Source: Octopus sinensis | Lineage: Eukaryota | Length of the DNA stretch: 64,000 nt | Direction of reading: 5' to 3' | Assembly (NCBI RefSeq): GCF_006345805.1 | Contig: NC_043001.1 | Location: 11,718,001-11,782,000 of the forward strand | Shown here: positions 36,098-49,347 of the stretch, piece after piece | How positions within the stretch are numbered: the first letter of the stretch is position 1 | How the letters are laid out: the number at the start of each line of letters is the position of its first letter | Position numbers and translations under genes: made by a program | The notes under the pieces: generated by a model | The model's database searches: none | Seen by the model: the letters and a program-made list of their open reading frames with translations, nothing else | What the model was told of the DNA's origin: nothing

Positions 36098-36139
<42 letters not shown>

Positions 36140-36674
36140 GTTTATATATTTGTTGAGCAAGATATAATATATATATATATAAGTTATTATCATTATTTAA
36201 TTGAGCACCACGCATACATTTCCACGTAAATTTATCTTCATCGTTTTTTAGGCGACTCTACTTTGCGCACTTTTCTTTCTCCATCCTTCTCTATTCCTTT
36301 TTCCTCTTTTCAAATAAAATATTTCTCCCAGCGTTCACTATTTTTCTCTCGTTCTAGATTAACGCCCCTCTACGTTTGCTTCCGTTGGGTTTCTCTGTAT
36401 GTCTCCGCTGTGCTCTTTTTTTCCCCATCTTTAAACTTCTATAAGTCCTAATTTATATTTTAGAATTTATGGGAGTAAATGTCTTTCAAGACCCATATTG
36501 ACGTTGAATAATCGAAATAAGGAGTAGACAGGCTGCTGTCACTTGACGAAGAGTCCTTTCCTTGTTTCTGCTTGTCCAGTTTTCCATTTTTTCTCTCGTT
36601 GTTAATATATTTAACTCGCTTGTTTACCTCTCTGATGTTTTTTTGCACAGTTGATGACATCCTGTACCCATATA

Positions 36675-36764
<90 letters not shown>

Positions 36765-36782
36765 ATATATATATATATATAT

Positions 36783-37000
36783 ATTTCAAAATGTGACCTC
36801 GTGTGTACCGTTGGCGATTTTTTCCTCTGACTTCCCTTCTCGGGATCTTTCCTTCTCCTATGTTTCCGACGAAGAGCTCCGCTCGAAACGTTAAACTCTT
36901 CTTCTTCCCTTCTTTCCTGAGCGTCCAATAATACTATATTTGTCCCACGTCTTCGCGTTGTTGTGTTTTTTTGTGTTTTCTTGTTTGGATTAACTTTATA
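36783..37000 (+). mobile_element. Family E: (TA)n-embedded element of about 215 bp with a minimal HHR at 36862-36896
   Basis: GTTT-CCGACGA-A-GAGC TCC GCTC-GAA-ACGT-T-AAAC; second copy at 43361-43575. Confidence 0.8.
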
Positions 37001-37010
37001 TATATATATA

Positions 37011-37073
<63 letters not shown>

Positions 37074-37756
37074 TTGTATATATATATACGCTTTGTTGGA
37101 GGCCCAAACTTCCAAGTTCATTTACGGAACTTTGAAAAACTGAAGGACTGCTGAAATAAGTGTATGAACCTGAGAGAGGAATATATTGATTAAAATTACA
37201 ATTAATTAATTCTTTTGTATCTTTCTAACCAAATCGAGGAACTATTCAGCACCCCATCGTAAGTAAATTTAATATTTGCTAAATTTCGAGCGTCTACTCT
37301 TGGTTCGTAAGAAATTAACAATTCAGCAAGGTGTTGGGACCAAAGGATCCGGTAAATTTATGTTTTACCTGTTTCATAATATAAAATAGCTCTTGTAATA
37401 AGTAACAGAGATTCGAATTATCATTCCTTTAGTCCAAAATTCTTTCTGCTATCCATGTAACGGTTTATACACTCGCTGGCTAATTGCTAGGAAAACATCA
37501 ATATTGAAATAGAAAGTTTTCCACAGAAAACTTCATTTGTTAATTTCCTAATTTAATTACAATTACTAATTGAATTGAGAGAGAAAAAGTATTCCCCATT
37601 TTCTCTCTCATGCACGCTATATCTGATTCAGTCTTTATGTACTTAGACAAACACATATATCTAAACGCATATAAACGTATGCGAAGTCATAGGCACGAAC
37701 AAGCAGATACTTGCTCACTCATACGTATACATACATACATGCATACATACATACAT

Positions 37757-37814
<58 letters not shown>

Positions 37815-37896
37815 GTATGTGTGTATATATATAATATATATATATGTATATATATGTATGTGTGTGTGTATATATATATATACATATCATATATAT

Positions 37897-37994
<98 letters not shown>

Positions 37995-39339
37995 ATATAC
38001 TATGTCTATATATGCATATACATATATTGACACATATGAATACATAGATACACATGCACACAGATACGTGTATATACAGGTGTGTGTGTCTGTAAGTGTG
38101 TGAGTGTGGTTGTATGCGTGCACATATTCATATAAGTATGTATGGATATATATGGACTACAATCTGCTATAGAGATTCATATTAAAGTCGTAAATTAATG
38201 GAAAGTTATACGTCAATAAATATGAAAGTAATATGAGATGAACGTTTTTTATTTTAAAAATGCTTTAAAATATAAGTTTAATTATAACTGAATGCATCCA
38301 TATTCCTACATTATATTAGAGGTTTCAGGTTGGTTGAATGAATAAGGAAATTAGAAGACCTTAATGAAAGAATATTATAGAATTAATGAAAATAATTTGT
38401 GTGTATCTCTTGTCTATCACCGGAAATATTGTTAATATTTTCTAAAACGCAAGATTGTTTCTTATAATTGCATTATAAATGAATGCTGTTCCTAGACTCA
38501 GCTGGGCATTAACGGAGTCGATAGAGGTCGTTTATGGATATTTGTATTCAAATATCAAATCATGTTACCAGAAAATGCCTATGGTCAACGAGACTTTAAT
38601 CTCAGAAAACTAGGGTTACATGAATGAAGTAGCCGCATCTGCTATTTCGACAAACACGAAGTTTTGTTGACTTTACTTTTAGTTACTGATCCGATCGAAC
38701 CAAGATCGATTTTGAAGAGGGTAGTCAACAGAAACAATAACAATGATTTCAAAATTTGGCGCAAGGCCAGTAGTTTCAGGGTAGGGGAAAATTCGATCAC
38801 AATGACCCCAGTGATAAAAAGGTACTTATTTTATCGACTCCCAAAACATAAATAGAGGCGAAGTTATCCAGAAATGTAATTAAAAAAATGAAAGTACTCA
38901 AGTTCTAGGATATAAGTAAATGAGAACTCGACGCCAATCCGTCAGAGTGTTATCCTTTGACAGACGAGTGGATTGAGGCAGCATGAAATGAAATGTAGCC
39001 ATGCTGCAGTACTGCGTTGGAAGTTTTTTTCTTTTCTTTTCTTTTAGTTATTCGGTTTGGTAACTGAAACGACGATCGTGTGTGCAACAATCGGAGCTCT
39101 AGGACATGTGCCTTCACAGATAGATGGTACATTCTTTAAATAGATAGAGAGCAGCTTCTTTAAATCCATCTGGGTTTTATTCTTCCTGAAAATACTTGAA
39201 ATATTTTGCCTCCAGATCTGATCGAACCAGGATCGATTTCGAAGTGGGTAGTCAACAGAAGCAATAAGAATGATTTCAAAATTCGACACAAGGCCAGCAG
39301 ATTCAGGGGAGGGGAAAATTCGATTACATGGACCCCAGT

Positions 39340-40010
39340 GATCAAATTCTACTTATTTTATCGACCCCAAAATCATGAAAGACAGACGAAATGCGCAAAG
39401 TATTTTGCCCGGCGTGATAAAGATTCTTTTTTTTATTCTAGGTACAATGCCCGCCAATTTATTGGGAGAGGACTAGCCGATTGGATCGACCCCAGTCCGC
39501 AATTGGTACTTGATTTATCGACCCTAAAAAGAAGAAAGGCAAAGTGGACCTCGGCGGAATTTAAAATCAGAACGTAAAGACAGACGAAATACCTATTTCT
39601 TTATTACCCACAAGGGGCTAAACACAGAGAGGAGAAAGAAGGAGAAACAAACGGATTAATTCGATTATATCGACCCCAGTGCGTAATTGGTACTTTATTT
39701 ATCGACCCCGAAATGACGAAAGGCAAAGTCAACCTCGGCGGAAATTGAACTCAGAACGTAACAGCAGGCGAAATACCTATTTCTTTACTACCCACAAGGG
39801 GCTAAACATAGAGAGAACAGACAAGGACAGACAAACGGATTAAGTCGATTACATCGACCCCAGTGCGTAACTTGTACGTGTTTAATCGACCCCGAAAGGA
39901 TGAAAGGCAAAGTCGACCTCGGTGGAATTTAAAATCAGAACGTAAAAACAGCCGAAATACCGCTAATCATTTCGCCTGGCGTGCTAACGTTTATTCCATC
40001 TCGCCGCCTT
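39340..40010 (-). mobile_element. SINE family B head-to-tail array (three units plus an older adjacent copy)
   Basis: One head at about 39960-40010; internal junctions AAAGAAATAGGTATTTCG near 39590 and 39775. Confidence 0.88.
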
Positions 40011-40223
40011 ACACAGAAAGAAAGATTAACAACGACATTTAATAGCATACGAGAATTCCATCTGGTCAACAATAGTGGTACACTTAGCGATAAAAGTCAC
40101 CCACTTAACCTATTAAATATTTATCTTTTAATAAAAGCAAGTTTTATGTTTATCTTTCGTTTGGTTTGGTCATTTGGCTGAAGTCATACTTTCTTGTTTG
40201 GATTAACTTTATATATATATATA

Positions 40224-40306
<83 letters not shown>

Positions 40307-40344
40307 TGTGTGTGTGTGTATATATGTATGTATATACATAATAA

Positions 40345-40530
40345 ATAATATTAGGGTAATAATAGTTATAGAAATTATTATTACCAGTGGCCTAGCACAA
40401 ATGGAAAATAGTTAATAGACTATATATTATTTACATGAAAATATCGTGTACATTAGAACTCATTAAGATGCTTCCAAATAGGAAAGCCTTGTGCTAGAAA
40501 GAGCAGTAGAAAACTCAAACCACTAATTCT
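40345..40530. mobile_element. MITE arm, inverse of 35785-35965
   Basis: Begins TTAGGGTAATAATAGTTATAGAAATT and ends AAACTCAAACCACTAAT. Confidence 0.65.
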
Positions 40531-40705
40531 ACTTATTTTATCGAAAGCTTTTAATCGAAGACATCCACAACATTGCTACTGTATTATTTTTTTTGTTTGT
40601 TTATGTCGCATACTTCTTCTATTATTTCATTTGCCGCACCCCTAAGTGTACGTAAGCACACCAACACCGGCTGCCAAGCGGCGAGTGTATGCATGATAAA
40701 CACTA

Positions 40706-40752
<47 letters not shown>

Positions 40753-40900
40753 TATTTATATATATAAGGATGAGATCGTTAATTTAAAATAAAATAACGA
40801 TCTTATCAAGTGGCAAGCATGGAAAAAATAACCTTCAAAGGTAATAATTATTAAAATTATAAATAGGGTATCTACGAGACAACGCCATGCTGAAAATAGC

Positions 40901-41000
40901 NNNNNNNNNNNNNNNNNNNNNNNNNNNNNNNNNNNNNNNNNNNNNNNNNNNNNNNNNNNNNNNNNNNNNNNNNNNNNNNNNNNNNNNNNNNNNNNNNNNN
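40901..41000. other. Assembly gap (100 N)
   Basis: Run of N. Confidence 1.
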
Positions 41001-41307
41001 TAATCATCAATAATAATGACCCTTTTGACTCGTAATTCTCTAAATGTATATTTTTGTCACACCTATCATAAATAGTCTTTTTATACCTGCAATATGCATT
41101 TTCGTTGACTTTTCTTATATATATATATATATATAGTAGAAATATGTCTTGAAAAAAATATAAAATACACGTGGAAGTGTAAGGGAAAAATAAGAAAAGT
41201 CAACGAAAATGCATATTGCAGGTATAAAAAGACTATTTATGATAGGTGTGACAAAAATATACATTTAGAGAATTACGAGTCAAAAGGGTCATTATTATTG
41301 ATGATTA
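41001..41307. repeat. Perfect 118-bp inverted repeat abutting the gap
   Basis: 41001-41118 is the exact reverse complement of 41190-41307. Confidence 0.9.
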
Positions 41308-41312
41308 TAAGA

Positions 41313-41382
<70 letters not shown>

Positions 41383-42018
41383 GTAAGGGACTGAAACGAA
41401 CCAATTGGTTTTCGCGTTAGCTGTTCAATATATGTATATATGTATATATTGCTACTACCTTCGAAATCTAAGGACTGGGGCCAGAGTAGAAGACGACATT
41501 TAGCTAAGAGGCCGTGCAGTGGAGCTGATTCCAAATGACTAGGTTTGTAAAGGGAGGATCGTAGCAAAAGAGGCACTGTATTGTCATTGTTGTTTCTCTA
41601 CTATAATTTCTACATCATTCTTTTATTTCTTATCGATAAATCGAAAAGACCAAAGCGTTAGATCATCGTTTATTCGCTTTAGTGGTAATTGTTTTTTTCT
41701 TTTTATACATTTGTTTCAATGCTATTCTTTCATTTCGTATTTCTAAACATTTCCCATGAAGTGTTTTGTTCGTTTGACTTCATACATTCGTAATCTGTCG
41801 ATAGACTTACTCGTTTATTTCAATTTTTTATTTCTTTCTTCACACACACACACACACACAGACATAGATACATGCATACACATGTACATATGCATATATA
41901 CATACATGGATACATATATACTTACATACATACACACGTATAGATAAATAAAATTCGTTGTTTAAACATACGTAAGTATGCGCAACCGCATATAGATATA
42001 TATGTGTATATATATGTA

Positions 42019-42055
<37 letters not shown>

Positions 42056-42079
42056 TATATATATATATATAATATATAT

Positions 42080-42122
<43 letters not shown>

Positions 42123-42763
42123 TATATATATATATATTATATATATATTATATATGTATATATATATATATTATATATATTATATATATTATATATATAC
42201 ATATATATATATATGTATATGTATATATATATATACATATATATATATATGTATATATATTATACATATATATATATATATGTATATATATATACATATA
42301 TATATATGTATATATGTATATATATATATAATATAATATATATATATATGTATATATATATACATATGTATATATATATATATATATTGTATATATATAT
42401 ATATCTATATATATATATATGTATGTATATAATATAATATATAATATATATATATCTATATATATATATACATATACATTACATGAATCGTTACTGAAAA
42501 CGTCCAGGCTTGAGATTAAAGAAAATACAAGACGATCGTTAGTTTCCACTTATTGTACCGCTGTAAAAGAAAGCAGAAATTTTGGCCATATCAACACCCT
42601 TAAAACAAGTTAATTATCAGCACCTTCCCGTATATATACAGGGCTGTAGTGAGAGTGTAAATCTGAGAAGGGAATATGTGGAATAAAATCATAACGAAAA
42701 TAAACTTATCGTCCAGTATTTTCTTTAACCTAAAACCAGGAACTCTATAGTAACATCTCATAT

Positions 42764-42855
<92 letters not shown>

Positions 42856-43210
42856 TATATATATATACTAATAGTAATGGTATGACAACAAAGAATGAAT
42901 GAGACCTCTATATTATGTAAATAGAGGAATTTATCTGTAATATAATGTGTGACAATTATTCATTTGCCATCATAAAACTTTCTCCCCTTCGGTTTTCCCC
43001 CTTATTTAACGGTCATTCTAATAGTTCTTTTGTCATAATAACGGCAAATTACTTAGTAATTTCTCTTTGTTTAACGGTCGTTTTCAAGGAGTTTTATTAT
43101 GGTAACCGAATACTTGTCTTGTATTATATTACAAATATATATGTTTTGCGTTCTCGTCCCATTTTGTATTAAATATAAGTGTGTGTGTGTGCGTGTATAT
43201 ATATATATAT

Positions 43211-43248
<38 letters not shown>

Positions 43249-43308
43249 TATAATATATATAATATATATATATTATATATATATATATATATATACATAC
43301 ATACATAT

Positions 43309-43352
<44 letters not shown>

Positions 43353-43360
43353 GTATATGT

Positions 43361-43570
43361 GTATTTCAAAATGTGACCTCGTGTGTACTGTTGGCGATTT
43401 CTTTCCTCTGTCTTCCGTTCTCTGGATCTTTCCTTCTCCTATGTTTCCGACGAAGAGCTCCGCTCGAAACGTTAAACCCTCCTTCTTTCCTTCCTTCCTG
43501 AGCGTCCAATAATACTTTATTTGTTCCACGTCCTCGCGTTTTTGTGTTTTCTGTGCTTTCTTGTTTGGAT

Positions 43571-43575
<5 letters not shown>
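43361..43575 (+). mobile_element. Family E, second copy with minimal HHR at 43443-43477
   Basis: The 35-nt HHR is identical to the 36862 copy while the flanks differ at scattered sites; (TA)n on both sides. Confidence 0.8.
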
Positions 43576-43629
<54 letters not shown>

Positions 43630-43735
43630 ATGTGTATATATATATACATATATATATGTATATGTGTATACATATATATACATATATATATGTATAGGTG
43701 TATACATATATATACATATATATATGTATATGTGT

Positions 43736-43781
<46 letters not shown>

Positions 43782-43817
43782 GTATATGTGTATACACACA
43801 TATATATATATGTATGT

Positions 43818-43866
<49 letters not shown>

Positions 43867-43925
43867 AACACCATGATGTATTTGCTTGCTAGCATATATA
43901 TGTGTGCGTGTGTCTGTGTGTTTGC

Positions 43926-43964
<39 letters not shown>

Positions 43965-44651
43965 TGTGTGTGCACTGCTTCCGTTACAGTGAAGTACATT
44001 AGATCGCAATGAGTGTAATACGCTTTGTTAGACCTAAGAATCTCATTACAAACAGTTAAAACTTCTCCGTCGCTTGATTTTGATAAAAGTTGGAGAGTAT
44101 GTCTGCATAATTACGTCTATAGTTAATGACTTTAAATTGTTTTTATTCTAATTCCTTTGAAGTGGTCTTAGTTATTCTTTCAGGTTGTAAGCAATGGCTA
44201 TCGTTGTTGGTGGAGAGAAGAGTGAGAGAGAGAGAGAGAAAGAGAGAGAGGAAGGGGGAAATGTGACAGTCAGAGAAGGATAGGTATGGAAGGAGAGGAA
44301 GGAAGAGAGTGAAAGAAATAGACAGTGTGAGGAAGGGAAAGAGAAAGAAATTGGGGAGGTTGTGGTGTTGGTTGGTGGTGGGTGATGTCATACTGAAATG
44401 TTATTCGGAACGCGAGAATAGTAATTGTCTCGTTAAAGCGTAAATTGTATATTGCAAAGATGATGATGATTGATGATGATGATGATGATAATAATGATGA
44501 TGGCGACGGTGATGATGATGATGAAAATGATGATGAAAATGATGATGATGGTGATGGTTGCAAAGATGATGCTGTTGATGAGGATTATAAAGATGATGAG
44601 GATGGTAACTATAATAATAATAGTAATAACAACAACAACAAATACAACATC

Positions 44652-44686
<35 letters not shown>

Positions 44687-44708
44687 GAAGAAGAAGAAGA
44701 AGAAGAAG

Positions 44709-45307
44709 GAATATATTCACAGACACGACAGAGTTGGGACCTATATACACTGGAAACTATGCCAACATTATGGAATAACGACAGAAAAAAGATGGTATAG
44801 GCACACACCAGACAACAGAAAAGGTCACAGAAAACGAGAAAGCAACCATACTCTGGGATATGCCGATACACACAGATAGAGAAATTAAGGCCAAAAGACC
44901 AGATATAGTTGTCAGAGATCATGAAGAAAAAAATGTTTTCTAATTGATGTATCAATACCAGCGGATGACAACGTGTCTCTAAAAGAAATGGAGAAACTTT
45001 CAAAATACAAAGACCTAGAAATAGAGGTAACCAGAATGTGGAATCTAAAAACAGAAACAATTCCTATCATAATAGGTGCATTAGGCCTGATAAAAAAATA
45101 TTCAGACAAATACATAACAAAAACACCAGGACTTACAAACACATATAACATACAGAAAATTGCACGACTAGGCACTGCGCACATCCTACACAGAACACTT
45201 TCCATACAATAACCATCAGAGTATCACAACAAATCACAGCACATACCTAAGGCACACAGAGCTGCGCTCGGTAGTGAAGTGAAAGCACGCTATAAAAATA
45301 AAACTAC
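44709..45307 (+). mobile_element. R4/Dong-like LINE 3' end (RLE domain plus 3' UTR) within (TAA)n
   Basis: HRHDRVGTYIHWKLC, ILWDMPIHTDREIKAKRPDIVV, IDVSIPADDNV..KEMEKLSKYKDL, PIIIGALG, LGTAHILHRTL: a PD-(D/E)xK-type RLE C-terminus; TAA/AAG tract upstream and TAA tract downstream. Confidence 0.88.
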
Positions 45308-45467
45308 CTAATAATAATAATAATAATAATATAATAATAATATAATAATAATAATAATAATAATAATCATAATAATATTTATAATAATAATAATAATAAT
45401 AATCATAATAATAATAAAAAAAATAATAATAATAATAACAAGAAGAAGAAGAAGAAGAAATGCCCTG

Positions 45468-45885
45468 ATGCAGTACCAGGCAGTGGCTCTCATGGCTTCT
45501 GATCTTAACTGATCGGAAGTGTTATAATGTACATTGTTTTGACTTGGTATAAAAGATGGGCTACAGCAAATATTCTGCTCAATACCACAGATTTGGTTGT
45601 CAGTTGTTTGACCTTAACCAGTTTATCATGTCCCTTTGTGGCTGACGATATGTGCATCTTTGATCACGAGCAGGAGTCATGGGGGAGCATCATAGCCGTG
45701 TGTTGAGAGGGATTGTTAGAGGATTGGATAATTCACCTCTGGAAACATGAGTGTTTCATTCAACATCCTTAAACAATCCTTAATCAGGGACCTTTTGATC
45801 AGGATGGGCTACTCGACCAGAAGAAAATTCTAACTGGGCCCCACCTGCAAGGTCATGTGCTGTTTATCTTGATATTGAATACTAG
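45468..45885. mobile_element. Unclassified repeat abutting the TAA/AAG tract
   Basis: The 45810-45880 part recurs at 63325-63400 (GCTACTCGACC...CACCTGCAAGGTCATG.GCTGT.TATCTTGATAT). Confidence 0.5.
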
Positions 45886-46192
45886 AAACATGAGTTGCAC
45901 GACGGTAGACCTATCCAGAGTATTGGTGCTGTCGCTGATAATATTCTCAATCAGGTGGACACGACTGACCTGACGACGTCTTACTGCTAAAGACATTACC
46001 TTCTAGTAGAGACGAAAATCGAATATACTTCAGGAGCCCTCAGTCGTTTATCAAGGGGCCTATAACGTTGAAGAAAGAGGCCCTTACCGAATCGATGTTG
46101 GCTGGTGTCACAAGCACAGACTGCCTTTTTGAATAAGACGCGGTGTCTACTTACGTTGTTGCTATTTTGGGCCAAGTCGTATAACACAACGT

Positions 46193-46563
46193 TGTGGAGG
46201 CGCAATGGCCCAGTAGTTAGGGCAGCGGACTCGCGGTTTCGATTCCCAGACCGGGCGTTGTGAGTGTTTATTGAGCGAAAACACCTAAAGCTCCACGAGG
46301 CTGCGGCAGGGGATGGTGGTGATCCCTGCTGTACTCTTTCACCACAACAATCTCTCACTCTTACTTCCTGTTTCTCTTGTACCTGTATTTCAAAGGGCCG
46401 GCCTTGTCACTCTCTGTGTCACGCTGAATATCACCGAGAACTACGTTAAAGGTACACGTGTCTGTGGAGTGCTCAGCCACTTACACGTTAATTTCACGAG
46501 CAAGCTATTCCGTTGATTCGGATCAACCGGAACCCTCGTCGTCGCAACCGACGGAGTGCTTCC
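46193..46563 (+). mobile_element. SINE family C with 12-bp TSD
   Basis: TSD ATAACACAACGT at 46181-46192 and 46564-46575. Confidence 0.92.
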
Positions 46564-46946
46564 ATAACACAACGTGTATAACGCAATGGTTATCTTTTAT
46601 TTATGCATGCACCATGCTTTCGCTCCATATTGTAGGTGCTTATCTGGCGAGAACAAATAAAGACAGACTCACTTTTTCCCACGATTTTCCCCCAGCGGAT
46701 ATGACAGCTGGAGCGACACAGAAATGCTGTTTTTCAACTAGAGTAACGTGAAACGGTGTGCCTTGCTGAAGGACGCAACAAAGCGTTGTGTTTCAGAGTT
46801 GAACTCATATCGATATGATACCGAGTTCAGCATCTTAATAATTAGATCACGCGCCTCTCACTGTTTCTGTCGGTCTATCTATCTATCTATCTAGCTAGCT
46901 AGATATCCACACACACACATACACGCACACAAACACACACACACGC

Positions 46947-47019
<73 letters not shown>

Positions 47020-47535
47020 GACACTTTCAATTCTCAAACATTAGTAAATCGTTATGAATTTGGCCATTCACCTTAAAGTTAAACAAAGACAAACAAAACA
47101 CAAATGTATAAATATAATTACGTATAATAGCTCCATTGATATCATATAAAAATAAATACGGTAATGGCCATTAAAAGGTATTTGTTTTATCTCCGAAGGC
47201 TTCAATTACAGTCTTTATTTATTTTAAAATAGAAAGGAAATGATTTTTTAAAAAAATTATTTAGAAAATGATTCACTTAAGAGGGTTACGGATGAGTATT
47301 GTTCATCTCTGTTTCGTATTTTGCCTTTCTTTTTGTTTTACCCCTCTTCACCTTCATTGTAGGGTCTTTTAATGCATGGTTTTGTACCTGTTGACAATCT
47401 AGATTTCATTCCTCAATTACTAGACGTTTGGGCATTGCTGTTTTGGCGCCGCGCATAAGGCATTCAACGCTGAATTGTTTGACATAAGAGTTCTTTCGTA
47501 TTATACATTTATTCCCGCTCCCTCTGCTTATATAT

Positions 47536-47922
47536 TCTTTTACTCTTTTACTTGTTTCAGTCATTTGACTGCGGCCATGCTGGAGCACCGCCTTTAGTCG
47601 AGCAAATCGACCCCGGGACTTATTCCTTGTAAGCCCAGTACTTATCCTATCGATCTGTTTTGCCGAACCGCTAAGTGACGGGGACGTAAACACACCAGCA
47701 TCGGTTGTCAAGCAATGCTAGGGGGACAAACACAGACACACAAACATATACACACACACTTATATATATATATATATATATGCATATATACGACAGGCTT
47801 CTTTCAGTTTCCATCTACCAAATCCACTCACAAGACACTTGCCCTAGATGCCGCGCAGTGGGACTGAACCCGGAACCATGTGGTTGGTTAACAAGCTACT
47901 TACCACACAGCCACTCCTGCGT
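47536..47922 (-). mobile_element. SINE family A with an internal deletion
   Basis: Head and tail present; lacks the GGTCGGCCCGGGGCTATAG segment. Confidence 0.88.
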
Positions 47923-48161
47923 CTGTGTGAGAGTATATTTTTCTTCATGTGTATAACAGATGAAATCCTTTTCTTTTTCTTGTCAGTCGTTTTGAATTAA
48001 TAAATTGCAAATGTCAAGTCACTGTGTCTTCCACCATCTCGCAATACTTCTATGTGTGTTTATGTAATCATATGTACGATGTAGTCTGGTTTTGTCATAG
48101 ACAGGAACAAAGGACCAGCCTGAGCCTTTCTGCCCATTTTAGTATGTACATATGTGTGTGC

Positions 48162-48206
<45 letters not shown>

Positions 48207-48209
<3 letters not shown>

Positions 48210-48503
48210 TTATATATAAAAGTGAAGTTGTGTGTCTGTCTCCTACGATTTAGATTCCTAACTACTCCCACATTTTGCAGTGCAGTGTAACCAAAAGCGG
48301 GCATCTTATAGTCGTGATTCATATCGAACCCTTCTGGGTATTAGCGCGCGTCTACGATGAGTCTACGATTTTTTAAAATATCACCATCATTTTTTCCCAT
48401 TTTTAATGCATTTTTTGCTATTATATAAGGGAAGTAACTCTCTAAAAATGCTTATATAGTTATTTCCCTTACAAACCCGAGCAACGCCGGGCGATACTGC
48501 TAG
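48207..48503 (+). mobile_element. Non-autonomous Helitron, subfamily 2
   Basis: A|TC start, same 3' hairpin and CTAG|T end as subfamily 1 but a different body; homologous to 58181-58422. Confidence 0.85.
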
Positions 48504-48519
48504 TATATATATACATATA

Positions 48520-48935
48520 CCAACTATGACACGACGGTTTTTACGAAACACCTGCAGAAAGAGGTCCTTAGCCCTGAACAGCATTCCTGCTGATATGATT
48601 GCTATAATAGGAGATGACGCTTCATCTTTATCACAAATGCAAAAGTCGGAGGGTGAATTTAGGGATGAAAGGGTAAGTTTTGAAGATGATACAAGATATG
48701 GTCGGCCTGAGGCTGGTTTTCTGTAATGTTCACAGCCCAAAATGAGTACCGGTTTCATCTCTTTCGACCAGAGAAGATGAGACAATCCCTGCTGTGGAAC
48801 CACCACTCCTCACCTCCTTGAAATGAGGCAAAGTTCATTATAACAGCAGGGAAGATGATAACCTTGGGTTTGATGATGCAAAAAGCATTGCGTGTATTGA
48901 CTCCCTTCAAAAGATTGATACATATGTGATTATAT
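48520..48935 (+). mobile_element. Mariner transposase relic with an internal deletion
   Basis: ADMIAIIGDDASSLSQMQKSEGEFRDERVSFEDDTRYGRP (HTH region) joined to PEKMRQSLLW..SPP..AK...AGKM...F.DAK.I..ID.LQK. Confidence 0.75.
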
Positions 48936-48958
48936 TTATGTAACGCATAACGTCAAAT

Positions 48959-49347
48959 TGTGGAAGCGCAATGGCCTAGTCGTTAGGGCAGCGGACTCGC
49001 GGTCATAGGATCGCGGTTTCGATTCCCAGACCGGGCGTTGTGAGTGTTTATTGAGCGAAAACACCTAAAAGCTCCACGAGGCTCTGGCAGGGGATGGTGG
49101 TGATCCCTGCTGTACTCTTTCACCACAACTTTCTCTCACTCTTACTTCCTGTTTCTGTTGTACCTGTATTTCAAAGGACCGGCCTTATCACTCTCTGTGT
49201 CACGCTGAATATCCCCGAGAACTACGTTAAGGGTACACGTGTCTGTGGAGTGCTCAGCCACTTACACGTTAATTTCACGAGCAGGCTGTTCCGTTGATTC
49301 GGATCAACCGGAACCCTCGTCGTCGTAACCGACGGAGTGCTTCCACA
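48959..49347 (+). mobile_element. SINE family C, full length
   Basis: Same sequence as 7420-7807; probable TSD AA(C/T)GTCAAATT. Confidence 0.92.

Noticed and set aside
35785-40530. A 4.7-kb DNA transposon bounded by the two MITE arms
   Set aside because: The arms point away from each other (outer TACCCTAA/TTAGGGTA ends face the interval), so they are ends of separate elements.
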